A DNA stretch of 61,121 nucleotides from a virus: positions 1-61,121 of IMG/VR virus record IMGVR_UViG_3300013936_000003; one strand, written 5' to 3'. The notes under the pieces are model-generated. The model had not been told where the DNA came from, ran no database searches, and saw only the letters and a list, made by a program, of their open reading frames with translations. Both the position numbers and the translations under genes were made by a program. How positions within the stretch are numbered: the stretch's first letter is position 1; each line of letters begins with the position of its first letter. Positions 7,566-15,540 of this stretch are shown here, piece by piece.

Positions 7566-8777
7566 ATGAACAAACTTAAAGACTACCAAAAAGAGGCTAT
7601 CGGCCACCTCGCCAAGTGGAAGGTGGGGGCGCTGTTCATGGAGGCCGGCACGGGCAAGACCCGTGTCGCCTGCGAGCTGATTAACTCAGTGCCCGACCTC
7701 GACATGGTGCTGTGGGTCGGCCCGCTGCGTACCATCAAGGGTGATATGGGCACCGTGCCGATGGAGGTTGACAAATGGGGCCTCAACTGCAAGAACGTGC
7801 GCTACGTGGGCATCGAGAGTATCGGCGGCAGCGACCGCATCTTCTCCGAGGTGCTGGAGGAGGTGGAGGCCCACAGCAACGTGTTCTGCGTCGTCGACGA
7901 GTCTTTGAAAATCAAAAACATCAAGGCCAAGCGCACAGCCAGGATGCAGGTCATCGGCAATAAGTGTGCCTACCGCCTCATCCTCAACGGCACGCCGTTG
8001 AGTCGCAATGTGATGGACATTTGGGCGCAGATGAATTTTCTGTCGCCAAAAATCCTCAACATGAGCGAGCGGCGCTTTATGAATACTTTTTGCAATTATA
8101 TACGCTACGACAAGCGCACATACTCTGTTGACGTCATAACGAGCTATGAAAATATTGAATATTTATACTCGTTGATAAGAAACTACATATACGAGTGTGA
8201 CTTGCAACTGCAAGTCAAGCAGCGCTTCCACGAAATAAAATATGAGCTTGAAGATGCGGCGCATGCGGAATATGGCGCAATCAAGCAAAAGTGGATAGAC
8301 TTGATTAATGACGACGAGAACAACGGTATTAACGAGCAGAATTATTTTCTCGGCATGACCTCCGAGTTGCAGATGAGCTACTGCTGCTGCGACGCCAAAG
8401 TGGCTGCGTGCGATGAGGTCGTGAAAAAATGCGACCCCGACAAGGTTATTATATTCACACGCTTCATCAAGAGCGCCGAAATTTGCCGCAAAAAATGGCC
8501 GAAGTGCAAGGTGCTGAGCTACCAGAAGGAGAGCTACGGCCTCAACTTGCAGCAGTACAACGTGACCATTTACTTTGACAAGATTTGGGACTACGCCCTG
8601 CGTGTACAGAGCACGCACAGAACTTACCGCACTGGCCAGGATTTCGACTGCGAATTTTACGACCTGACGGGCAACGTGGGGCTTGAGGGCATGATAGAGG
8701 AGAACATTCGCAACAAGGTGTCGATGAGTGAATATTTCAAGAAGACGTCAAAAAAGCAACTGGAGGCGGAGCTATGA
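7566..8777 (+). CDS. SNF2/DEAD-like helicase
   Basis: Walker A GTGKT, DESLKIKN (DExx), LNGTP, THRTYRTGQ (motif VI). Confidence 0.85.
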   Translation: MNKLKDYQKEAIGHLAKWKVGALFMEAGTGKTRVACELINSVPDLDMVLWVGPLRTIKGDMGTVPMEVDKWGLNCKNVRYVGIESIGGSDRIFSEVLEEVEAHSNVFCVVDESLKIKNIKAKRTARMQVIGNKCAYRLILNGTPLSRNVMDIWAQMNFLSPKILNMSERRFMNTFCNYIRYDKRTYSVDVITSYENIEYLYSLIRNYIYECDLQLQVKQRFHEIKYELEDAAHAEYGAIKQKWIDLINDDENNGINEQNYFLGMTSELQMSYCCCDAKVAACDEVVKKCDPDKVIIFTRFIKSAEICRKKWPKCKVLSYQKESYGLNLQQYNVTIYFDKIWDYALRVQSTHRTYRTGQDFDCEFYDLTGNVGLEGMIEENIRNKVSMSEYFKKTSKKQLEAEL

Positions 8778-9955
8778 AGTGTTACCTCGACATCAACGTG
8801 TATGAGGCCGCCACCGGGCGGTTCGACTATATCTACACTCATTTCGACAAGGTGTATGTGTCTTTCAGCAATGGCAAGGACAGCGGCGTGCTCCTCAACC
8901 TCGCCATAGAGGCGGCACGGCGGCACGGGCGGTTACCGGTCAACGCCCTGTACATCGATTTCGAGGCGCAATATGCGCACGCCATAGAGTTTACGCACCG
9001 GATGTTCAGCCGTCCAGAGGTGCAGGGCTGGTGGGTGTGCCTCCCTATACACCTCCGCAATGCCGTGTCGCAGATTTCGCCATACTGGCTGTGCTGGGAC
9101 AAGAGCAAGAGAGACGCATGGGTGAGAGATTACCCAGCCAACAAGTGGGCGATCACCGATGAGGACTATTTCCCATTTTTCCGCCACGGCATGGAGTTCG
9201 AGGAGTTTGTGCCGGCATTCGCCGAATGGTTCTCGGGCGGTAGGAGCACAGCTTGCTGCGTTGGCATTCGCAGCGACGAGAGCCTCAACCGATTTCGCAC
9301 CATTGCGTGCGACACCAAGGTGCGCCTTGATGGGCTGCAATGGACGACCAAGCTGCGGCCGCACGACACGGCCAGCAAGGTGTATAACTGCTACCCCATC
9401 TACGACTGGCGCTGCGAGGATATTTGGCGGGCAAATGGAAAATTCGGCTGGGACTACAACCGAATTTACGACATTATGTATCTGGCCGGGGTAAGCATAT
9501 ACAAGCAGCGCCTGTGCCAGCCCTACGGCGACGACCAGCGCCAGGGGCTGTATCTCTTTAAGTTGCTGGAGCCGGAGACGTGGGCCAAGGTTGTTAACAG
9601 AGTTGAGGGAGCCAATTACGGCAACCATTACACCGAGCGGGACAAAACAGCGCTCGGCAACAAGCGTGTGGTGCTGCCTCCAGGCTACACTTACAAGAGC
9701 TATGCCTATTTTTTGCTTGACACGATGCCGCCGAGCGTGGCGGCGAATTTCAACGAGAAAATAGTCCGGTACTTCGAGGCGTTTGCGGAGCATGGCTCCG
9801 AGATTGCCGGGGCGGTTGAAAAGGCTGTGTGGCGCAGAATTTGCAAGGCGCTACTGAAAAACGAATACAGCTGCCGAAACCTCACCTACGGGGCTACTAT
9901 CAAGGAAGTAGAACGAAAACGAAGCGTGGCAGCACGTCTAATGAGAGAGCTATGA
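8774..9955 (+). CDS. PAPS-reductase-family protein (IbrA-like, PP-loop)
   Basis: PP-loop-like SFSNGKDSGV; long C-terminal extension; ATGA coupling to the SNF2 gene. Confidence 0.8.
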   Translation: MKCYLDINVYEAATGRFDYIYTHFDKVYVSFSNGKDSGVLLNLAIEAARRHGRLPVNALYIDFEAQYAHAIEFTHRMFSRPEVQGWWVCLPIHLRNAVSQISPYWLCWDKSKRDAWVRDYPANKWAITDEDYFPFFRHGMEFEEFVPAFAEWFSGGRSTACCVGIRSDESLNRFRTIACDTKVRLDGLQWTTKLRPHDTASKVYNCYPIYDWRCEDIWRANGKFGWDYNRIYDIMYLAGVSIYKQRLCQPYGDDQRQGLYLFKLLEPETWAKVVNRVEGANYGNHYTERDKTALGNKRVVLPPGYTYKSYAYFLLDTMPPSVAANFNEKIVRYFEAFAEHGSEIAGAVEKAVWRRICKALLKNEYSCRNLTYGATIKEVERKRSVAARLMREL

Positions 9956-10572
9956 TTGAGAAGATACTAACAGATATGCCATTTCCTGACAAAGTGAAAT
10001 TGTTTAATTCGCTGACGGCAGAGCTATATGACTGGCTGGGCATCAACTGCCCCACCCTCAACGTGCAGCTCGTGCCGGCTGACGAGGTGGCCGGCAACGA
10101 CTACAACCCCAACCACGTTGCGCCGCCCGAGATGAAGTTGCTGAAGTTGAGTATGAAGAAGGACGGCGTGACTATGCCCGTGGTTGTGTGCGGCACGCCA
10201 CACGATGCCAAGCACCCCTACACCATCGTTGACGGCTTCCACCGCACGAAAGTCATTCAGCAAGACAAAGAGATAAGAGCGATGCTGCATGGCTATGTGC
10301 CCGTGAGCCGCCTTGACAAGGACATAGACGACCGCATCACCGCCACCGTGCGGCACAACATGGCACGTGGCACTCATCAGGTCGGCTTGTCAGCTAAACT
10401 GGTGGTGCTGCTGCGTGAGCACGACTGGAGCAACGCACGCATCGGCAAGGAGCTGGGCATGGACGCAGACGAGGTGCTGCGCCTGAAGCAAATCACCGGC
10501 ATTGCCGAAGCATTTAAGGATGAAGAATTTTCAAAAAGTTGGATAAGCGAAAAATCAGATGAAGAGATTTAA
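9952..10572 (+). CDS. ParB/sulfiredoxin-fold protein (IbrB-like)
   Basis: NPNHVAPPE...VDGFHRT...ATVRHNMARG; ATGA coupling to the upstream gene. Confidence 0.8.
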   Translation: MIEKILTDMPFPDKVKLFNSLTAELYDWLGINCPTLNVQLVPADEVAGNDYNPNHVAPPEMKLLKLSMKKDGVTMPVVVCGTPHDAKHPYTIVDGFHRTKVIQQDKEIRAMLHGYVPVSRLDKDIDDRITATVRHNMARGTHQVGLSAKLVVLLREHDWSNARIGKELGMDADEVLRLKQITGIAEAFKDEEFSKSWISEKSDEEI

Positions 10573-11179
10573 CATTGTAATCAAAATTGCGGGCGGCGAT
10601 GAGGTACAGGCCAACTCGACCGCCCTCAACCAGGCCGAGGCCGTGGAAAAGGTGATGGCCACCGAGCAGTTCATCAAGTTTGTTGGCGACCGGGAGATTT
10701 TGAGCGTCGACATCAAGCCGGCAGTGCCCGATCCGAAGGTCAACGAAGGCCGTTTTATCGTGCAGCCGAGCGTTCAGGAAGGGCTCGCAGTGCTGGCCGA
10801 CACCGCCTATAACGTCGTCATCAAATTCAAGATTGGCGACTTCAACGGCTCGGCACGTGTCACCTCGCTTGACGGGGCAAAGGTAGGGCCGCAGCGGCTG
10901 TCCACCGTCTTGCGCCAGGCTGGCGAGTGGCTCAAGGTCAACCGTCTTGACCTGCTGACTGAGGATGCCGACGCAGTGAAGCAGTGGAGACTGTTGCGCA
11001 TCGGCAAGCAGATAAGGGATGCCAGGCTCGAGCAGGGCTTGACGCAGAAGCAGTTGGGAGAGATGAGCGGCGTGGGCCCCAACCACATCTCGCAGATAGA
11101 GATGGGCTGTTATTCAGCGACTATCGACACGCTCGGCAAGTTGTGCGCAGCGCTGAATATCTCGTTGGATGTCAGATAA
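10559..11179 (+). CDS. two-domain protein with a C-terminal XRE-type HTH
   Basis: IRDARLEQGLTQKQLGEMSGVGPNHISQIEMG. Confidence 0.75.
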   Translation: MKRFNIVIKIAGGDEVQANSTALNQAEAVEKVMATEQFIKFVGDREILSVDIKPAVPDPKVNEGRFIVQPSVQEGLAVLADTAYNVVIKFKIGDFNGSARVTSLDGAKVGPQRLSTVLRQAGEWLKVNRLDLLTEDADAVKQWRLLRIGKQIRDARLEQGLTQKQLGEMSGVGPNHISQIEMGCYSATIDTLGKLCAALNISLDVR

Positions 11180-11207
11180 TTTTTTTCAAAAAAAGTTCAT
11201 TTTTTAC

Positions 11208-11247
11208 TCTCAAAATTTTGAGAATTAAGAAAAAAGTATTACTTTTG
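11208..11247 (+). promoter_or_regulatory. class-1 promoter copy 4: 16-bp palindrome tctcaaaattttgaga plus TACTTTTG (11240..11247)
   Basis: Read directly; the ~50 bp around it are nearly identical to copy 3. Confidence 0.75.
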
Positions 11248-11277
11248 TATATCAGAAAATAATTAATTAATTCAGTT

Positions 11278-11565
11278 ATGAAAACATCAGACATTCAGAA
11301 GACCCTCGAGGCCATGAGCCTCAGAGACCAAAAGACTATCATCGAGGCTCTCCTCGACAACATGGACGAGCGCAGCCGCAAAGAGCTGCTCAACCTCTAC
11401 GTCAACGACAACGAGCCTGACAGCGTGACCGCTGTTGACTTCCTTCCCAAGGCAAAGAGACTTAATGACGACCAACTCGACTACTACCAAGAGGCTATCG
11501 GCAAGGTGCAGAGCGAAATCTATGCAGAGAAAAACAGCCGCAACGAAATTCACTGCGGCGAATAA
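11278..11565 (+). CDS. hypothetical protein
   Basis: ORF 95 aa. Confidence 0.65.
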   Translation: MKTSDIQKTLEAMSLRDQKTIIEALLDNMDERSRKELLNLYVNDNEPDSVTAVDFLPKAKRLNDDQLDYYQEAIGKVQSEIYAEKNSRNEIHCGE

Positions 11566-11597
11566 AATTAACATTAACTAACCAAAAAAAGAAAAAT

Positions 11598-11990
11598 ATG
11601 GAAGCTATGAATTTAAGGGATTTTCAAAATATTTGTGCTGACATCCAAGCCGAAGGCGCTTATGTTGTACTTGTTAAGGAGAACAAAGGCGGTCGCCGCT
11701 CAGTCAGCGGCTACACTGACGCTGACGACAGAACAGCCAAAGCTGTGAATGCCATGCTTGACGAAGCATTCACCGAGTTCCGAGGCAGCGGCGTGTATCG
11801 CTGCACAATGGCCGAAACGCCCTCGCAGGTCTTGTTCATAATGCGTAGCGACCTCGTGAGAGCCTATGACCCCGGCGACGACTACGAGGACGAGGGTTAC
11901 AAAGAGATAATGAGGAAATTTGATGCTGGCGAGTTTGAAATCTATTTCTGCCAGCACAAAGAGATAAATTTGTATCTGTTAAACTATTAA
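11598..11990 (+). CDS. hypothetical protein
   Basis: ORF 130 aa. Confidence 0.65.
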   Translation: MEAMNLRDFQNICADIQAEGAYVVLVKENKGGRRSVSGYTDADDRTAKAVNAMLDEAFTEFRGSGVYRCTMAETPSQVLFIMRSDLVRAYDPGDDYEDEGYKEIMRKFDAGEFEIYFCQHKEINLYLLNY

Positions 11991-12029
11991 TTAACCAGGC
12001 GGCTTCGGCCGCCCATAAAACAACACAAA

Positions 12030-12353
12030 ATGAACAACAACACAGTGGACGCCCTCGCATTATGGCGGGAAATGGAGAATTTCGGCAAGACTATAGCCGA
12101 GATGGTCAACGACGGAAAAATTGGATATGGCTTACCAAAACAGCTATTTGCTGCAAAAAACAGGGAGGAGTTTATGCGAGAACTCGCCAGCCACTTCGTC
12201 GAGGCAGCAAAAAAGTACCCGTCGATCATTGACACGGCACGAGCCATCACTGCTCTGCCGGAGGTCAGCGAGCCGGGCAACGAGTACACCTTCGGCTACG
12301 CCCTCGCCCTGGCGAGATTTCACTATAACGCCAACAAAAATCAACAGCGATGA
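12030..12353 (+). CDS. hypothetical protein
   Basis: ORF 107 aa. Confidence 0.65.
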   Translation: MNNNTVDALALWREMENFGKTIAEMVNDGKIGYGLPKQLFAAKNREEFMRELASHFVEAAKKYPSIIDTARAITALPEVSEPGNEYTFGYALALARFHYNANKNQQR

Positions 12354-12571
12354 AAGGAATGAAGTACATCTGCTTTACGATGCCGAAAAGTTTCGACATC
12401 GAGCAGTTGGCAAAGTGGAGCGTTAACCACGCCCCCATTTTCGTCATCGGCGAACGCCGTTGGGCTATCGAGAAGACATTTTGGCCTGTTCTTTTTAAGG
12501 ACTTCGTCAACAAGATGTATGCGCTCGGCTCGTTTGAGGACGGCGAGCGTGAATTGGGTGAAGTGCTATGA
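12350..12571 (+). CDS. hypothetical protein
   Basis: ORF 73 aa, ATGA coupling. Confidence 0.6.
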   Translation: MKGMKYICFTMPKSFDIEQLAKWSVNHAPIFVIGERRWAIEKTFWPVLFKDFVNKMYALGSFEDGERELGEVL

Positions 12572-12723
12572 TGCTCGCATTATACAGGCCTGGCATAGCC
12601 GAAGCGATATTTTCGCTAATTACCATATTTTTCATGCTGGCCATACCTGCGGCCATCTTATTTTTTGTTTTCCGGATTTTGTGGCTTATAATCAAGCATT
12701 TGGAAAAAGGTTTAAAAAAATAG
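12568..12723 (+). CDS. 51-aa small membrane protein (below the ORF-track cutoff)
   Basis: ATG overlaps the upstream TGA; MMLALYRPGIAEAIFSLITIFFMLAIPAAILFFVFRILWLIIKHLEKGLKK. Confidence 0.45.
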   Translation: MMLALYRPGIAEAIFSLITIFFMLAIPAAILFFVFRILWLIIKHLEKGLKK

Positions 12724-12936
12724 CGTGACACGGCCCCGATAAGTTCGATCACGCAGCATATATACATTTAAGGCGACCCACGGGCCGCCTTAAATGTTTT
12801 CACAACGGAATAATCCTTATTGTGAATTGCTTCAAATTTGTACGGCAAATATAGTGTTTTTTTATCAATTCGTCCGCTTGGATTGTCTTATATGCAGTCA
12901 AGGTTTATTAATTCCATTGGCTTGTGTGTTTCATTG

Positions 12937-12970
12937 CACCTCCGCTCATCGTGTCGGAGGTGTTTTTTTT
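12937..12970 (+). terminator. rho-independent terminator cacctccg...cggaggtg plus T8
   Basis: 8-bp stem and T-run read directly. Confidence 0.8.
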
Positions 12971-12975
12971 GCGCA

Positions 12976-12999
12976 CAAAAAAGCCGCATTGCTGCGGCT
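12976..12999 (-). terminator. terminator for the integrase gene (agccgca-ttgc-tgcggct, with T6 on the - strand)
   Basis: 7-bp stem read directly. Confidence 0.65.
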
Positions 13000-13065
13000 T
13001 CAGAAAATAAACAATTAATTCTAAAAGTTATGATTTTTAGAGATTAACACTGCAAAGTTAATGAA

Positions 13066-14220
13066 TTATTTCAAATTATCCAAGACGGCCCGCACGGCTT
13101 CTGTCGCCTGCTGAGGCGTCACTCTGATGTAGTGATAGAGCGACTGCCGCCCTCCGCTGTGTGAGTGCCCGAGAATATAATCTATAACGCTTGTGCTGAT
13201 ACCCAGCTCGAAGGCGTGCTGGCTGAACGATTTGCGGGCCGAATAAAAAATCATGTTATCATAGCCCAGGCGGCGGCTGATTGACTTGACCGAGTGCGAC
13301 AAGTTCATCAGCTTTCCGCTTTTCGGGCCGAGCATAACGTGCCCGTTGCGGTCAGCCCTGCTATTGATGATAGGCCACGCCTCATCAGGTATCACAAACT
13401 CGATTGCCGAGCCAGTCCTGGATGCGGTTTTTTGCCGCACATAGCTCAGCGACTTGCCAACGCTGCGGAAATCAATCTTGCTAAGGTCAACAGGGTTGAT
13501 GCCGCCGAGGTAGTAGCTGAGCATGAACATGTCACGTGCGTAAGCCAGTCGTCCGGCATCGAAGTCCCTAACCTCCTTTATCTGCTCAGTGCTCAACCAC
13601 GCCTCACGTATAGCATTTTGCGGAAACTTGTAGGCGGCGAAGGGATTGATTTTCGGCAAAGCGTAGCTGCATTTGCCGGCAAAGAGGTAGAGCATGCGGA
13701 GCGCCGCTATGTTGTTGAGCACAGTAGTGGAGGTGTCGCCCCTTGACCTCAGCCACTTGTCGTATGCGATGATCTTGCTGTAACTAAGCTGCTCGAGCAG
13801 GATGTCTCCGCCGGCGAACGCCTCGAACGAGTTGACCTTGCCGATGTACACCCTCACAGAGTTGTATGAGAGCGTGCTGGCAGCGAGGTACTCGCTGAGC
13901 AGCTGTCTGATTGTCTTATGCTCGTCAGCCCCGTTACTCTTGACAAGTTGCACGACTTCACTGCAAGTTAGTCCCTCGATGTAGCCGATGTTGTCGATGG
14001 CCTCCTGGTATTTGTCGAGCAACTTTCGCAACTGCACGTTGAGGTATGCCGCATCGGGTCGGCGTGCAATCTGGCCGTTGCGGAACTCACGCTCCGAGTT
14101 GATGATGATGCTTGTGGGGATGTAGCGTGTCTTCGAGTTGTGAGATATGCTTATTCTGATTTTGTGCCTTCCATCTGCCAGCATTTTAGCTGGCACGATA
14201 ACTGCTTTGACTTGTGCCAT
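13066..14220 (-). CDS. int: tyrosine integrase (Bacteroidota type: arm-binding N-terminus, SAM-like domain, catalytic domain)
   Basis: MAQVKAVIVPAKMLADGRHKIRISIS...; ARKSFSQHAFELG...ILGHS...LYHYIRV (R/H/H/Y residues). Confidence 0.9.
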   Translation of the reverse strand: MAQVKAVIVPAKMLADGRHKIRISISHNSKTRYIPTSIIINSEREFRNGQIARRPDAAYLNVQLRKLLDKYQEAIDNIGYIEGLTCSEVVQLVKSNGADEHKTIRQLLSEYLAASTLSYNSVRVYIGKVNSFEAFAGGDILLEQLSYSKIIAYDKWLRSRGDTSTTVLNNIAALRMLYLFAGKCSYALPKINPFAAYKFPQNAIREAWLSTEQIKEVRDFDAGRLAYARDMFMLSYYLGGINPVDLSKIDFRSVGKSLSYVRQKTASRTGSAIEFVIPDEAWPIINSRADRNGHVMLGPKSGKLMNLSHSVKSISRRLGYDNMIFYSARKSFSQHAFELGISTSVIDYILGHSHSGGRQSLYHYIRVTPQQATEAVRAVLDNLK

Positions 14221-14232
14221 TTTTTTTGATTT

Positions 14233-14287
14233 TTTCCGACAATAAAACGGAAACAAAATGCTCGTTTCCGACAATTTTCCGACAATT
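14233..14287. repeat. three direct copies of TTTCCGACAAT(T) just upstream of int (14233, 14265, 14276), plus a 7-bp inverted repeat cggaaac/gtttccg (14248..14270)
   Basis: Read directly; candidate arm-type or regulator binding sites. Confidence 0.6.
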
Positions 14288-14488
14288 AAAATGCGTCATT
14301 TTTGACGCCCGTGTAAAAATAAAGACAAATAAAATTGTCTAATTGATAGCCAATTAAGCGATTTTCAGACGATTTTCGCTGCTAATCATTTGATAATTAC
14401 ACATTTTCAGCGAAAAACTCGTGAAAACCGCATAAATAAATGGGTTTCGCCGCTTCTGATTTCATACTGCGACAACAAAACGGAAATT

Positions 14489-15091
14489 TCACTGAAACAA
14501 ATCATCTGTCATTTGCTTCTGCTTAATTGCCCGCTCGATGGCATCGAGGTCTATAGCGTTTATGAAGTTTGCGAAGTCGTCGAGGTAAAAGAATTTGACG
14601 GCAACTTTGGCTTGTATGTACTGATTATCGAAAGCCACGCCATCGAGTGTGAGCACAAGAGAGACATTTGTGTATTGTTTAATGTATATGAACAGCGCCC
14701 TCATCGGCTCGTCGTTAGACAAGCAATGCCTGTCTCCGTAATGGTAAGACACGCACACCTTTGGCGATTTGAGATTTGGCATAACCTTGTTAAAGTCATT
14801 CACATCGTTGTTGATTGCCGTCAGTTTCCAGTCCATACACTTTTCCAGAACCTCGTTGAGATATTTTTTGAATTTAGGAACGTCGCTTTTTTTGATTATC
14901 AGTTTGGCGTCGGCCGTATTTTCCGCCGGCACCTCAATTGCCAGCAGAGGGTCACCGCTATAGCGTTGTAGCAGATTGATATTATAGGACTTTGAGCCAT
15001 TTTCGTTTTTCAACTCATAGCTACCGATTTCTTGTGCGCTGGCTGTGATGGCAGCGAGCGCAATAATTAATGTAATTAGTATCTTCTTCAT
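14489..15091 (-). CDS. secreted protein (signal peptide), AT-rich moron
   Basis: MKKILITLIIALAAITASAQE; spot count on one 60-nt line gives about 35% GC. Confidence 0.75.
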   Translation of the reverse strand: MKKILITLIIALAAITASAQEIGSYELKNENGSKSYNINLLQRYSGDPLLAIEVPAENTADAKLIIKKSDVPKFKKYLNEVLEKCMDWKLTAINNDVNDFNKVMPNLKSPKVCVSYHYGDRHCLSNDEPMRALFIYIKQYTNVSLVLTLDGVAFDNQYIQAKVAVKFFYLDDFANFINAIDLDAIERAIKQKQMTDDLFQ

Positions 15092-15435
15092 CTTGCTTTA
15101 GTTTTTAATCGTTCGTTTTCGGCTTGGAGCGAGGCTATCTGCTTCGCCTGCTCCTCGATGGTGGTTTGCAGTGTCGCCATCACCTGCAGCAGCGCTTGTG
15201 TCTGCTGCGCTTTTGCGAGGTCATCGTTGTTCATCGAGCCGCTGCCAGTGAGTAGCCAGTTGGCGTTGACGTTAAAGGTCTCGACGACAGCCACGATGGT
15301 CGCCACGCTCACTTTGCGTTTGCCGAGCAGCTGAGAGTTGAGCGTTGTTTGCGACACGCCGCATTTTTTTGCAAAAGCATTTGCGGTCAAGCCAGTGCTT
15401 TGCAGTAATTCGTTAATTCGTGTGATAATGTCCAT
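15088..15435 (-). CDS. CI-like repressor (HTH plus C-terminal coiled coil)
   Basis: MDIITRINELLQSTGLTANAFAKKCGVSQTTLNSQLLGKRKVSVATIVAVVETFNVNANWLLTGSG. Confidence 0.85.
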   Translation of the reverse strand: MDIITRINELLQSTGLTANAFAKKCGVSQTTLNSQLLGKRKVSVATIVAVVETFNVNANWLLTGSGSMNNDDLAKAQQTQALLQVMATLQTTIEEQAKQIASLQAENERLKTKAR

Positions 15436-15526
15436 GATTATAGTACAATTTCTGTGTATTGTTTTAATAAAAGTTAAATAGGCGTATAATATCCTCATTT
15501 GTGTTGGTTTTCATCCGCAATTGTGC

Positions 15527-15534
15527 TACCTTTG
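15527..15534 (+). promoter_or_regulatory. -7 box TACCTTTG, divergent from the repressor gene
   Basis: Matches TAnnTTTG. Confidence 0.5.
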
Positions 15535-15540
15535 CAATAC

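Noticed and set aside
8933-9793. Long - strand ORFs antisense to annotated genes (8933..9793, 19321..20175, 22022..22999, 26491..27237, 28864..29820, 36553..37359, 40672..41493, 47922..48647, 49561..50397, 52231..52917, 59590..60336)
   Set aside because: They lie fully within + strand genes that have recognisable domains or operon coupling. Their translations are low-complexity and Arg/Leu/Gly/His-rich, which is typical of shadow ORFs in GC-rich coding DNA, and they lack start contexts.
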